Assembly (NCBI RefSeq): GCF_009914755.1
Contig: NC_060926.1
Strand: one strand, 5' to 3'
Source: the human T2T-CHM13v2.0 reference genome, Homo sapiens
DNA: 64,000 bases
Positions 25,380 through 39,199 of the stretch are shown here, piece after piece. Position 1 is the stretch's first letter. Each line of letters opens with the position of its first letter. The position numbers and the translations under genes are program-made. The notes beneath the pieces are model-generated. The model was given only the letters and a program-made list of their open reading frames with translations. It had not been told where the DNA came from and did no database searches.

Positions 25380-26310
25380 ACAGACTATAGTGGGAGAAAA
25401 GGCATTTTGAAAACAAAGTCTAGGCATTCAATGTGCTCACAACTGAGGGGTGTCATTACTTCTCTGGCCCTTTTAGTGGACAGAGCTAGGACCTATCAGT
25501 TATAAATCATGGATTCATACTATGCCTTCACATCCTGCATTATAGGGCTCTTAACTTCTTGATTTTACATTTTATCTCCTCCCACAGTTAGGATGCCAAT
25601 TTCTAACATTAATATATTTACTCATTTGTTGTGCAAAACATGCAAAATTATTTTATAGTGACTGCGCTACACCAATACCACTATAAAAAACAAATCTTCT
25701 AACTAAAGTTCAAGGTTTCTTTACAGTACCTTTTGACCATGGACTCTAACCCATTAATGATATACAGTTAGATTACTGTGTACAAAAAGTATTCAAATTA
25801 ATTACTTTATTTGTTTAATTATGTTATCAATTTGATATACAGTTAGGTTCATTTGTTTCTGTATGTAAATATTAGAGTTGACTCGTCTTTTTCTATGTAC
25901 TATGGTTTTTGAACATGTAAAACATTTGCATATTTCAAAGGTCAAAACTACATAAAATCATATACTCAAGATGTCTCCCTCTAATCTCTATACTCTACCT
26001 TCCTCTGATGACTCACCTCCTTAATTAAACAATTTTTAATTAGAATCTAAATTATCCTCCCCATGTTCTTCCTTGCAAAAATAAGTGCCTACATGCACAC
26101 ATACACATTTATTTACATATTTTAGTTTTTATTTTCTCTTCTTTCTGTCATAAAACATAGCATATACTTGTTTTTGCACTCTATTCTTTTATTTAACAAC
26201 CTATTCTGAAAATCATTCCATATGAATTCATAATGACTTTGTCTGTGTTCTTTTCAGGGCTCAGACTACCATGTGGATACACCATAGATAATAAACATTC
26301 TTTTGTATGA
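25380..26310 (-). mobile_element. Old L1MC/L1ME 3' region
   Basis: 'ggggtgtcattacttctctggcccttttagtggacagagctagga', 'ttttgcactctattc...aaatcattccatatgaattca'. Confidence 0.55.
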
Positions 26311-26749
26311 ATAGTTCAATTCACAATAAGTAAAGAGAAATATTAAAGTACCAGAAAGGAGGAGAAAAAGGAACACCAGGATGGTTAGCAAGTGTGGATC
26401 CACTACAGCTACATTGGGAACAGGCATGCTAGTGGGAATCACGGGATTGTGGCCTGGGCCATAAATTTTTATTTCCACAGTTCTCAGGTCTGTTTGAGGC
26501 AGAGAGTTAGAACTGAAATACCCCCATGTAAAGCCAAGATCCTAAAAGAACTGTATCATTCCTGAAAGGATAAACGAAAAGAAAAAAAGCTTCCCATTGG
26601 CTTAGGTAGACAACAAGCAAATTTGTTTATGTTTGCCTAGATATTATACACCCTCATGGTCTGGGAAGCCTTAAATTAAAGATTTAATTTAAATATTGTT
26701 TCTAAAACAATGATCCAGAATGAAGCAATATAAAACTCATTTCAAGATA

Positions 26750-27920
26750 TAATCCCACAACCAGGTCACAAAGACTGTCTCTGGGGGATGAGGAAGGGCT
26801 CTGCTATACTAAAAATAATTACAAAACCAATTCAACAAATAGCAGAACTAGAATTTCATAAACCCAAGCTAATAGAACAATAATCAGAAAGGAGTATCAA
26901 TAAGTATGTTCAAAATAATTAAAGCCATTAAAGAATAATTACACACCTAAAAATGGATGGAACACCATTAACAAAGAAACAGTAGAAAGGGAAGCAAATG
27001 GTATTTCTTGAAATTAAAAAAATGTTTTTAAAATTAGAAACTTAGTAAATAGCTTAAACACAAGGTTAAATACAACCAGTGAAAGTCTGGTAAATGAGAA
27101 AATAAGTTTGACAATTACACATAATGAAGTTTATAGAGATAAAGGAATGAAAATTATAAAGACATTAAGATATATGTGGGACCTAATAAAAAAAAGTTCA
27201 GTATCCATTAATAGAATTTCTCAAAGAAGAGAGTAGAGAGAATAAAAAAAGTAATTTTCAAACATAAGAATAAAATATTTCCAGAATTGACCAAAGAAAT
27301 GAATTCTCAGATTACGAAAGCATGACAATTTACTTGACAAATAAATAGTAACCCATACCCAGACTTCACAGCAAAATTCCAAAATAACAAAGGTAACGTT
27401 AATCTTTAAAGTAATCTCAAAGAAGATAACTTGCCTTCAAATGAACAAGCTCATCGAAGCCAAGTTCAAATGAAAATGGCTTTAAAGAAAAAGTTGTATC
27501 ATTTTAAAAAGCATTATCGAAAAATATAGAGGAGCAAAACACAATGCTAAAAAAAATTATCATAAGAAGATTTCCAACTTATAGATACTAACAACACAGA
27601 TGGAAAAGCTATGGCAAAAACTAGGAAAACTACAAGGAGAAATTGATAGATCCACACTTACAGTGGGAGATTTTAACATACTTCTTTTAGTAATTGATCA
27701 ACCTAACCCATACATTGGTATCATTTAATAACATAATTAATAAGCCTGTTAATAGACATTTATAAATACTGCACCTAACAGAGAATACATATTTTTAAGC
27801 ATACTTAAAACATATCTAAAAATGTAATACATATTACACCACAAAGGAAATCTCAAAAATATTGAGGAATTACTGCCTACACACCGTGTTCTCAATAAAA
27901 TAAAGTCAAAGCAAATAACT
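26750..27920 (+). mobile_element. Old L1M ORF1/ORF2 fragment
   Basis: 27615-27698 translates to QKLGKLQGEIDRSTLTVGDFNILLLVID, the L1 endonuclease GDFN motif. Confidence 0.8.
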
Positions 27921-28254
27921 AAGAAACAGAACCCAATAGGAGTTCTGTTTAAATAGTAGTTAACCAGAACAAAGAAGATGAGGTGAGGTTAGGGGGGTCA
28001 AGGAGACACTATCCTAGACCTAGAGAAGAGCATTAGTGGGTCTCCTTAAAGTGGGTGGGGGGCTTGTACATTTTACTGAAAGGGCAACGTGGCTGGAGTT
28101 CCCTAGTGAAGGAAGTTATGAAGTGGAGGAAGACAGAGTGATACAAAGCCGAAAACATAAGCAGAAGGTAGACTAGGTAGCTGTTTCTGAATTATGATTT
28201 TTTGTTTGTTATATTTTATTTTTTTTTTGTTTTTTTTATCGACCAAGATTTTGT

Positions 28255-28560
28255 TTTTTGTCTGAAAACAATGAGAAATCATTGAAAGGTTTAAGAAAAG
28301 AAGCAGACATGTCTAGACGTGGAAGAGGAAAACTTGCCCCTGAGTGCTGCCTATAGACTGGATCTAATCAGACAAGGGTGGAAGTCAGAGACGAGTTAGG
28401 GAGCAAATTTGTAATTCAGGGGTGACGTGATGGGACTTTGGACAGGACGGGAGCAGGAAGTGGGTGGAGATGATCATGAATGGACTAATGTGAGAAATGT
28501 TTAGCACGTAAAATTTACAGGATTCAGTAATGACTTAGCTGTGGGAGTAGAGAAAGAGGG
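28255..28560 (-). mobile_element. L2 fragment
   Basis: 'aatgagaaatcattgaaaggttt...agggtggaagtcagagacgagttagg...gtaattcagggg...gtaaaatttacaggattcagtaatgacttagctgtggg'. Confidence 0.7.
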
Positions 28561-29245
28561 GGAGAATGGGCTAATTTGCTGAAATTAATAGATGATAACA
28601 CCAGTAGGAAGAGAATCGGGCATCATGTTTCACAAACAGGGCTGAATTCTTTCTTTCCTCTGGGTTCTGTTGTTTGGAAGGCTGAACTTCTTGCTTAAAC
28701 AACAACAACAACAACAGACTGCATATATCCTGCAAGACCCAGAGGATGTCTATTTTTTTCTATTCTTGGTAGTTTATATTCATACAGCACTCTCTGCCCT
28801 TTACAATTTCACTTAATTATTACAAGAATAGACCCAGGTGGGCCTGAAGGCCTACTAGTGGGGCAGGATGCCCAGCAATGTGAACCTGGGAAATTGAATT
28901 TTGATTCACCTTCAACACTCAGGAATATACCAAAAGTACCAGGGATGTTTCCAGTTAGAGTCTAGCGAGAAGACATACATATACCCAGAGATTCTAGGAA
29001 CACTGAGAAAGGACTGAAGACTACAAAAATCCCATTAAAATGGCAAAGAGCTGCTCAAAAAACCTCTAAGTTTCTTTTCCCAAGAGGCAGTAACAGCAGC
29101 TTCTGGCTGCCTTCAATTGGAAGCTGCCCTATCTCCAACTCCATGTAGCAGCCATCTGTGCATACTGAATTAACTTGTTTGCCCATATTAAAGGGGCTCA
29201 TATCTTTTCCGTGTCTTTTGACATTTTAGAGCTTCAGCTGGTGTT

Positions 29246-29279
29246 ACACACACACACACACACACACACTCACACACAC
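29246..29279 (+). repeat. (CA)n microsatellite
   Basis: About 17 CA units with one CT interruption. Confidence 0.95.
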
Positions 29280-29499
29280 CCCTGAGGGATTTATTCATAT
29301 GAAATCAAAACTTTGGAACTGCCTGCATCTTGAAACTATTTGGATCACTTTCTATTTACCTGATTAATAATTCTTTTTGTCCTTACATATCTATTCACTT
29401 TGATAGCCTATCATTTTTGTTTATCATAGCTACATTTATGTTGTTGTATTCTTGTGATAACAGGAGTGATTCACAAATTGTAACATCATCCCCAGTCTC

Positions 29500-30385
29500 A
29501 AGTCTCTGCCAGTGATTTCCCATCATACTTAGAATAATAATGATGGGCTATGAGATCCCACATAATCTGATCCTTGGCTTCTTCTACACCCCCTTCCCTT
29601 CTCCTCTTTCTATACTCTAGCCACATTGCCTTTCTTCATAGAATACAACAAGCTCATACACACCTCAGGGCCTTTGCAAATTCTGTCCCCTTTATTTGAA
29701 AACTCCCTCCAGATATTGATATGACTTATCCTTTATAGTAGACATCACAATGTTCACTAATATCTGCTTCTCTTTTACTTGCGGGTACACAGAGGATTAC
29801 ATTGATGATAGGCTGATGCCATGTGAAGAGAAGGGCATGTCACTTCCAAGTGAAAGGTTTAGCTGTGCTTAGTTGTGCTGTCTGACTCTCCAGCCTTCTC
29901 CTCCCTTGTTGTATCAGAAAGATCACAAGTTCCAGATGGCTGCCGCAAGATGGCAGAGCCAAAGTAGGCAGGGGTTACTGCATGAAGGCTGCAGAGCCCT
30001 CATCAACCTAAGCTGGACATTGATGTGGACAAGAAACAAATTATCTTTGTTGTTTTAAGCCACTGAGGTTTTGTGGTTGTTGATTACCCCAGCATAGCCA
30101 AGACTCTCCTGATGGAACACCTCATTTAGTCTCGGCTCAAACATCACCTCACCAAAAAAAGTCTTCCCTGACCACCCTATCCAAAATAGCAGCCCTCTCC
30201 CTGTCACTCTTCGTGCCCCAATTTGGCTTTATTTTGTTTCATTTGATCTATTTTCCTCATAGAACTTAGAATGGAAGCTCTGTGAAAGTATAATCTTTGA
30301 TTTGTCCATTAACATACTAGTTAGCATCAAGAATAGTCCTTGGATATAGTAAATAATCAATAGCTATTAGTTGAAAAAATGAATA
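29500..30385 (+). mobile_element. L2 fragment split by an MLT1 LTR
   Basis: 'cacctcagggcctttgcaaattctgtcccc' upstream and 'ctcaaacatcacctc...ttccctgaccaccctatccaaaatagca...tattagttgaaaaaatgaat' downstream. Confidence 0.75.
29737..30118 (+). mobile_element. MLT1I/J-like MaLR LTR
   Basis: 'gttccagatggctgccgcaagatggcagagcc...ttttaagccactgaggttttgtggttg...cagcatagcc...ctcctga'. Confidence 0.75.
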
Positions 30386-30724
30386 TTCATCAAAAACTGA
30401 AATATAGATATATCAGTATAATTAAGAAGGTAAAGTTCCATGTAATTTCTTCTTCCAGAAATAATTACTAATGTTTACGTTAAAAAAATTGTATTCTATT
30501 GATATACTAGCTCATGTGTAAATACATTACTTTTTTTCTAAAATGGAATGTACTCTCCTAAATGAATTATTCTGCAACTTGTTATTTTATGTAACAATTA
30601 CTCATGGATGGTTTTCATGTCAGTGTTTAAAGAATTCTCCCTCTTTTTAAACTGATTAGTATTTGCCTTCTTAATAATTGAAAGTATAAGTTTCCCAAGG
30701 TTTCTGAAATTTAGTATACATTGA

Positions 30725-31130
30725 TTGCATCTAGTACTTATTGCATGCTTGCCATTCTAGGGTCTGGAGACTTGCCAATAAGCAAGAAGACAAGGTTCCT
30801 ACACTTAATGAGTTTATGTTCAAGTTCTGACATATTATAAACCAAAATATTTTATATGGTGATAAGTATAGCAAAGAAAATAAAAATAAACATGGTAATG
30901 TGATGGAGAGTGGCTGGGGCTGGAAGTGATCAGAGCAGACTTCTCTTGGAGGGACTTTTGACATCATCTCAAAGATGAACAGGAAACAGATCTACATATA
31001 TTTGGGAAAGCAGAGTTCTAGAGAGAAAGTGCTCATGGGCAACTTCGCCATAGCTGATGAGTAGAAAGGCCAGTGCAGCCAAAGTGTGATTTTGAAGAGA
31101 AGTGTGATATAGAATGCTATAAACAAGGAA
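30725..31130 (-). mobile_element. L2 fragment
   Basis: 'ccattctagggtctggagac...aagacaaggttcctacacttaatgagtttatgttcaag...gaaaggccagtgcagcc'. Confidence 0.7.
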
Positions 31131-32364
31131 GACTCTGATAATGTGGAATGGTAGGTGCTCAAAAAATGTAACTAATTAATTCCTTGTTTTACAGCAACAA
31201 GCAGAATTTCAGTGGTAAAATCTCAATAAATACAATGTGAAAAATTTATCATCTTAGTCTCTGCTTATAGCATTTCATAGGACATACTAAATCCGTAGGC
31301 TGGGAAGAATCCTGGTATGTTTCAGCTCTATTATAAGGCACCATTAGGATGGCCATAAAATGTTTAGCCCTTAAAAATACTTTCTCAGCAATATATCTGA
31401 GATAACCTTAAATGTTATTTCAATGAAATGTTTCCTAAGTCCACTGTTTTTAAGGGTGTTTATAGTTCAAGAAACTTCTCAAATGCCATCTCATAAAAAA
31501 GATCTAACTTTAAGATTAACTTAGACAGAAAAAAACATGTCACAGAAGACCTGGTATATTACTTAAATTCTATCATTATTGTCTTCTGAGAAGGAAGCAG
31601 GATTGATTCTGTAGTGGCCTCAAGTAAGTTCTTAAAGGACCTGTTTCTTTACAAATGAATATATATCATTGGAAATAAAATTCTTTATGGCCTATAATTC
31701 AGAAGTGAACTTTTATGAAACACTTTGGCATTATGGATATGTGTCCAATGGAATGACATATAACTTAAAGACCTAGATTGTTTAGTTCCTGGGGACTCAT
31801 TAAGATAAATTTTGGGGCAGTAGAAACCATATTTCTTGACACATCCTGTTTACTTAATTTGAGACAGGTGAAGGGAATTAGAGCACTGTGTTCTTACAGG
31901 CACAATTTCTGTTTCTGTTAATTATTTTTTTAATGCGCTCTTTAATTCCCAGTGGTGACAACCTTCTGAAATCTAAAGAAACAGCTAGGGAAGAAGTTGC
32001 AGAAGTTGAGCCCAGGACATTAAAGCAAAGGGGCGTAGTAGCTATGGGGCGGTAAAATACACATACCTTAAATTTCTAAGAATCTTTCATTCATCGATGA
32101 GAAGTTCATGTAGATTTGAGGAGTTTCATGTGGATTTGCCCTGTTTAATTAACTTTCTTTGGTACGCTTTACATGTTTCACACTGGGAGATATGTGTGAG
32201 TTGAATCAGAGCAGCATGACAGTATTTTTGTCAGTGCTGGAAAAGCAAATTGCTCCTTTCAATTACCCAATTCCTTTCTCACTGAAGCAATACACAATCG
32301 AGTTATAAATGTCATTCCTCTTTCCCCAAAGGATATTCTGGCCAAGAACTTCTATGTCCTCTTT

Positions 32365-32386
32365 TGGTTTGGTTTGGTTTGGTTTT
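32365..32386 (+). repeat. (GGTTT)n microsatellite
   Basis: tggtttggtttggtttggtttt. Confidence 0.8.
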
Positions 32387-33589
32387 GCTACTACCACTGA
32401 AGTAATGAAGGCAACATTCATTGTCCCTTGCCATTTAATGGACATAATAATTTCCAGCCAGCACAGGTTGTGATGCTGAAACCAAGAAAAAGCCTTTTCA
32501 GTCATAGCCCCTGCATTTCAATCCAAGCCCCTGCTGTAGAACACTGGAGAACAAGGTGTGAATCAGTTTAAGAACACAGTTCTGCATTCACGGCATTGTG
32601 GTTTACAGCTCCCAAATGACCTCTATCTATCTTCCTTAGCTGTAGAGGTGTATAATTGAACCTAAAGAGAGTCTTGAGTAATGAGGTTGAGAGTGGCAGC
32701 TCCATTGCTGTGGCTTAATAGTGTAACTGCCGCATGCTTTTTTATCCCCTAAGATGTAACAAAATAGTCTAGTAGGCTCAATTCTTCAGGGTGACACTTG
32801 CTGAGAGTCTATATTTCAAAATAGAAATAGGATTTTATAAGCAAAAAACTATAAATCTCTCTCTACAAGACAGTTCCCAAAGTATAATTACGTAAGCCAT
32901 TCTCTGCTGGAGCAGAAACTAATATGAATACATGCAATAACCCGTACTTCTTTTTGTTGGGAAATTATTTTTAAACTTTATTTTTCTTATGCAAGGAGCA
33001 GCTGCTTTTTCGGGCTGTCAAGGGGCTAGGGAGTCACAATATTCTCACGTTGTGCTCTGCTGGGAGCTATAGTCAGAGGACTCACATTATTGCCAGTTTT
33101 TTTATTTTTTATTTTTTTTTGGTTTGGTTTGGTTAGTGAAACTTGTGAAAATGTTGTTTTTAGAAAATTTATTTTTCCAAGGAGCAGTTCACTTACAAAT
33201 AATTTTTTTTCTTTTAAGAATATATAGTTTATGTGCATTTATCAGCCCTTGACCACATGCCTATTGCTATGTGAGGACATTAGTAGAATATAAAAACTGA
33301 ACAAAGATATAACCACCTGCTCATGGAACTCTCCGTCATTATAGTATTAGCTGACCATTAAGAATAAGCCTATTAAAGACAGTCACTTAATATGAGTAGT
33401 TTGATCCCATGGAGGGTTTCGGGGGCTCTGAATCTCCATTTTCCCCACAAACTAGACCCTAAAAATCAAAAACAAATATCCTGACTGCTGACTGTGCTTG
33501 AAATTCCATCGCTGAACATTCAATCCTATTGTACAAGATACTCCTTGTTAAAAGCTAAATCTCGCTACACGAAGAAACGTATTAAATAA

Positions 33590-33800
33590 TAGTAATAACA
33601 AGAGCTAATGCTTAATGGGAGCTTACAACACTCAGAAGAGTTCTAAGCACTCTATATTATTTAACTCATTTCATTCTCGAAACAACATATTAGTTGTCCT
33701 CAGTTTACAGATGCAAAAACTGAAGCAAGGACAGAGGCTCCGATTCACGTACATGGGAGCCAAGACGGTCTGATTTTGAGGCCCTTAGTCTCAACCGTTC
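33590..33800 (-). mobile_element. MIR
   Basis: 'gttctaagcactc...tttaactcatttcattctcgaaacaac...cagtttacagatgcaaaaactgaagca'. Confidence 0.75.
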
Positions 33801-34009
33801 TTTTAGTATGGATGAGTTGATCAAATCCATTAGGGGGAACAGAGGAGGAGGGCTGGAAAGGTTGAGAGAGAGGAAGTTTGCAGGATCAGGATCTTCTTTT
33901 CAGAACTCACATCTCAGCCTGGGACCAGCAGTGGGGGTTGTCTGTTTCGCAGATCTGGTGATATCACTGAATTCTCTTGAAAACCAATGTATCACTTACA
34001 CTATGAGTG

Positions 34010-35353
34010 AGTCACAGAGGGTCATCGAGGTCAAACCTATCTTCATAATAATATATGCTATCTGCCATTTTCACTTTTTTGACATTTGCAACGATGATAC
34101 AAAAGCAAACTCTGGGTAAAATGGCTGGCGACTCAGGATGAATTAAAGCAATGGCACCAAATGTTAAATTCTTCTCTGCCATACACTTGCAGTAAAAATG
34201 TGCCAGTTTTACTTAGGAATAACCTTGATGAAGTGGTAAAAATTTAAAATTATTAATTTTATTAAATTTTAACCCTGTGCACATGTGCTTTTTAATGTTC
34301 TGTGTAATGAAATAGGAAGAGTGCATAAAATACTTCTTCTGAGCACAAAAGAGTGATGGTTGCCTCAAGGAAAAGCACTCTTGAGATTGAGTTACTAGTT
34401 GAACTAGCCGCGCTTTTTGTGGAATACCATTTTTTTTATAGACAAACTTGGGTTTTGGGTAAATATGTTATCTAAAATGAGCCTTCCATTCCAAGGAAAA
34501 CAACTGACAAGATTTGGTGCTAATGATAAAACTTGAGCTTCTAACCAAAAATTAGAATATTGGAAAACTTGGCCACCGTGAGCTTCAAAGCTTCCTAAAA
34601 CTTTAAGACTTTCCTGATGGGGTTAGTGATGCTATTGAAAAATGTGACTTTAAAAATATTATATAATCAAACATGTCAACAATTAAAAGATCTGCACAAC
34701 TCAGTGAACCAATATTTTCCAAGTGTAACATCAATGTATGATGTTACAAAATCATGCATGAGTAAAAGATCCATTGAATGTGCTAGGTAGGTAAATCAAT
34801 GGATTTCAGTGTAAAAAGAGTATGAAAAGTTAATTGATATAATTTCAGATTCTACATTGCAACTAACCTTTAGAAAACTACCACCTGTTTAGTTTGACTA
34901 ATGTATCAAAAAAGAAACCCAAAATTATATGAAAAAGATATTAAAATATTTCTCTCATTTCCAACTACACAGTAGCATGAAGCTAAATTTTCTTCATATA
35001 CTTCTACCAAAATTACATATTACAACATATCACAGAAGCAGATATAAGAATTTAGCTATCTTCTATTGAGCCAGTATTAAATAATTTTTTTAAATGCAAA
35101 AAGTGTTCCTTTTTAGTTTGGGGAGAAAAACACAGTCTTTTTAATCTATATATAAATGCTTATGCTAACATGGAATGTGTTTATTATTGTTATTTTAAAT
35201 GGATTAATAAGCAATTTTTGAAGGTTTTCTATTTAAATTTTGAACACAGTGACTATCAATAGATGTGACCTACATAAAAGTTCCTTGAAGTCTTTAATGT
35301 TTTTCAAAAATGTAAAGGATTCTGGTCTATGGACTGCACTTTGAGAACCACTG
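34010..35353 (+). mobile_element. Charlie1 (Charlie1a-like) hAT DNA transposon
   Basis: 'gaggtcaaacctatcttcataataata', 'gacatttgcaacgatgatacaaaagca'; decayed hAT RWLSRGK motif (E*WLPQGKAL near 34355); terminus 'tttgagaaccactg'. Confidence 0.88.
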
Positions 35354-35432
35354 TATATCCTTTAGGGTAGACAAGGCATCTGACAATACAATGTCCTATG
35401 GAGGGCGGTTTAATGAATAGAATAAGTTACGC

Positions 35433-36052
35433 TGTGAGGAGTTTTCACCAACTGTGAGCATTAGAGGAAATAGTCCTCCACATAAGACTAACTTCACTTC
35501 TGCAATCAGTTGCAAGCTTAGGGGTCCCCAGAACCACTCTTAGATAATTCACTAGAAACATCCAAAGAACTTACTGTAAACAGTTACAGTTTATTACAGG
35601 GAAAAAATACAGATTAAAATCAAGGACAGAGTCCAGGTGGAATCCAACTGTTCAGTTTACAGTCATCCTCTCCCCATGGAGTCATGGACAGTGTTAACTC
35701 TTTAACTCCTTCTGGCCACAATGTGTGACACACACAGAGTATTGCAAGTGAAGCTGACCAAAGCCTCAGTGTCCAGAGATTTTATACAGCCTACATGGCT
35801 GACCTGTAGTCTCCAGACTTTTCAGAGGTCAGGCTGATACTTCTAGACTCCAGTTCATTCAAAGGCAAAACTGAAATGACTACTTCCACCAAAAGCCCCC
35901 ATTGTAAATCACACTGTTAGACTATGTGGTGACTGAGGTCATCAAAGACATGCCTATCAGGTGTAATGTTTCAAGGATTCAGACATTACCTTCCAGTAGT
36001 TGAAGGCAAAGACCAGACCTCACTTTGGGTAAGGCTAGTTCTTTATTACACA
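35433..36052 (-). mobile_element. MER21 (MER21C-like) LTR
   Basis: 'ggggtccccagaaccactc...gataattcactagaa...gtttattacagggaaaaaatacagattaaaatca...gaaggcaaagaccagacctcactttgggtaagg..ttctttattacaca'. Confidence 0.82.
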
Positions 36053-36054
36053 TT

Positions 36055-36500
36055 CTCTTAATGAGAACACTTGATGTGGGCACTATCGGGGCTGGATCAG
36101 CACCTCAACAATATCCTCAAAGACTCAGGCCCTAACCTTATACTCTGCCATCTCCATAGTGTTGGCGTTTTCTTCACTGTGTTGGCCTTTCCTCATTGTT
36201 GTTATGTGAATGCTAAATAGCAACCCAATTCCAGGGATTTTATGCTCTCTCAGGATTCAAGGGGAAGAAGCAAGGTGTATGGGAGGGCAGAGGGAGAGAA
36301 AAATGTTTCTGGAAGCCTCCCAAGTAACTTACCCTACATCCTTGGTCAGAATGATGTCACAGGACCACACTCCAGCTTCAGAATGTAGCTAGGAAAGTGA
36401 ACTTCTGATGTCTACTTTCCCAGGGAAGCAGAAGGATAATGATTGGCTTAGCACAATTATGATTCACTGCGGCTCACAGGAATACCAGTAGTTAAAAGGG
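36055..36500 (-). mobile_element. Old MLT1 (J/K/L-like) LTR fragment
   Basis: 'ctcaacaatatcctcaaagactcagg', 'ttggtcagaatgatgtcacaggaccacactccagct...gctaggaaagtga'. Confidence 0.6.
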
Positions 36501-36527
36501 GAGGAGGATGACTATTGGGTAAAAGAA

Positions 36528-36688
36528 CCCTTCTCAAACATTAATGTGCACACAAATCCCTTAGGGCCTGTGCTAAAAATGCAGCTTCTGATTAGGTAGT
36601 TTGGGGATAGGGCCTGTGTCTGCATTTCTTAAAAACTCTTCTGTGATTCTGATGCTGGTCTATGGATTGCATTTTGAGTGACAGGGAG
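36528..36688. mobile_element. MER5A/B MITE
   Basis: 'ttctcaaacattaatgtgcacacaaatccc...tctgcatttcttaaaaactc...gtgattctgatgctggtctatggattgcattttgagt'. Confidence 0.75.
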
Positions 36689-36844
36689 TTAGGAAACAGT
36701 GTCGCGGTGAACTGGGTACAGATACAAATAGTGTGTATCCCATAAGACCAAATTTGCTCTCAGTACAACTGCTATGTGAAGTAAGCATGCCACAGGATTA
36801 CAGATGGTAGAATTTCAGATCAGACAATATTAATTGTTACAGAT

Positions 36845-37040
36845 GGAATTTATTGAGAGGTTATTATATACCAAGAACTTTACTTCATTTAACTTTCACG
36901 ACAACTTTATAAAGTAGGTATTGTTTTCATCTCTATATGAGGAAACAAAGACTGGAAAAGGATAAGTAAATAGTCCTTATTCAGTAGTATTTGTTGGCAA
37001 AGCTTGAAAGCAAACCTGTTGGCCCCTAGAGCCTAAACTC
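36845..37040 (-). mobile_element. MIR
   Basis: 'atttattgagaggttattatatacca...ttcatttaactttcacgacaactttataaagtaggta...tatgaggaaac'. Confidence 0.7.
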
Positions 37041-38199
37041 TAAGACACTAGAATATTGACAAACGCCCTTATTACACAGAATGAACTTACTTGAGATTTC
37101 ACAGTTGATGCCAAATCAGGAAGTTCCTTGGCCGGTCCCCAATCCCCACTGTACTCCCCTGTTCCTCCCTGTAACGAATGAGGTGTATAATGGGCAGTTG
37201 TCTCTCCCTCCTTCCCTCTCTGATACGCTGCCTCCAATTCATTAGCCTAATTCCTGCTACTACACACAAAAGGGTTCTAGTGGATTTTTCTTCTCTTTGA
37301 AATGAAACATTTATTTTCTAAATTGAGTGTCCTGTTATTTTCTAAATATGATATGACTTCTTTCTAAACCTTCCCATTATGTTTCTGATCCTGGTGGAAA
37401 CGGTGCATTCTAGAAAACTGAACATGAATAAATACACATGTAATAGACTTTGGAGTTTTAAGTTGATTTGTTTGTATTTGTTCCCTTTTGTTTCTTCATT
37501 TATTTGTTCATTTTTGAAACAAAGATAAATTGAGCAACCTCTGAGTGTCAAGCATTGTTCTAGTTGTTGACAATATGGACACAGACTTAAAATTTTTTTT
37601 TTAAATAAAAATATTTTGTTGGAAAATGTGCTACTGTTCCTGGGATGCTTCCCAGGCCATTTAGACACAACCACATCTTTCACAGCCTTCCACTAAGGAA
37701 TAACCTATATGTTTATACCAATTATAGGTCAACAATCTTTTCCCAGATGCCAATCCCAACAAATATGAGACTAAATGAGCAATAAAGAAGAAGAGGTAGT
37801 GATCTTACTCAAGGACACAACTATGTTGAAGCTGTTCATTGCAGAGTTTTTCTCTCAGAGCAAGATATATCAAAAACGACTAGTAGCTTGTATATCTAAC
37901 AATAGAGAAATGCTTAGGTAAATTATGGTACATCACTTTGATCAACTTGTATATCACAGAGCTATTACAAATAATAATTGTACATTTTGACAACATGAAA
38001 ATTATTTAAAACATGATATGAATATGACAAGTAGTTAAGATGTATTAATCCTGAGTAGTAAGTGTTATATTATTTCCAATACTGCTAAATGTTTAATGTA
38101 GTTCAGAATTTTAAAAAGAAAAAGAGAAAAGGATAGCTAATGAGTTGAAAGGCAAATGCAGTCTTCTCCAGTTCTACTGTCTAGAGAATTCATCTGACA

Positions 38200-39060
38200 A
38201 CTCCCATGCCCACTGTGACTGCCTTAATTCAGACCTTCCTATTTCTTGCCTAAATTTCTGCAGCAGTCCTTTTATTCAGTCATGTGTTCAACAAAAATTG
38301 GTTAGGCTCTGGAAACACAGAAATGAAAGATTTGTACCTGTCCTCAAATTGCTTAGTTTACATTTGAGACATTGCTTCTTAATTAGTCTCCCAGCCTCTG
38401 GACTCTGCACCGCCTCCAGGAGTGTTTTCTCTAAAATATGACTTTGATGATGTTTAAAATCATTCAGACGTTATCTGTTGCCTCTGATGATGTCCAAAGT
38501 CAGTGTAGTGTATAACATCCTTTTCTTGGGATGCTATTGGCTTTTCTAGTTGCTTCTGTTGCCATTGTTTTTTATCCCAACTGCCTTTTCTAAACCTTGT
38601 GCCATTCAATAAATGTACACCATCACCTTCTTGTCACTCATGGTGTTTGCCCTGTTGTTTTTTCCACTTGGCAGCCTTTGCAGCCCTTACAAACCTGGCC
38701 AACTATAGCTCAGTTTCAGGATTCACCTTGGGTTGGATTCTCTGGGAAGACTCCCTTCCATGCTGGGTCAGGTGCCTCCCCTAGAAATTCTCCTCATTAG
38801 TAAGCCAGTACTTACCAATGTTACAGTGCTTATCACTCCGTACTGCCCCATCTACTAGTCAATGATCTTTGGGACAAAGACAGTATCCTTTATTTCAGAC
38901 AGTGTAGTGACTAATGCACAAGATTTTGGAGTCAGCCCAGGTTTGTATCCCAGCCACACCCTTTTGTTATTTAATTTATTATTAGCTCATTGAGCTACTG
39001 TGTGCAATTAAATGAGATAATTCAGGCTTTGCATATGGTGATCTTGCAACACATTTAAGC
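38200..39060. mobile_element. L2 fragments followed by a MIR
   Basis: 'aattagtctcccagcctctgg...ttttctctaaaatatgactttgatgatg', 'tctgggaagactcccttcc'; MIR 'gattttggagtcagcccaggtttgtatcccagcc' at ~38920. Confidence 0.6.
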
Positions 39061-39199
39061 TGTTCTTATTTCTATTGATTTTCAATCTCTTCATCCCCAC
39101 AGTGTTCAGTGAGCATTTGACAAATGAAAATAGAGATGAAAGAAATAGTGGCTTCTAAATTTAGGAATGATTGCTTTTGATCTAGACATTTCAGCTAGT

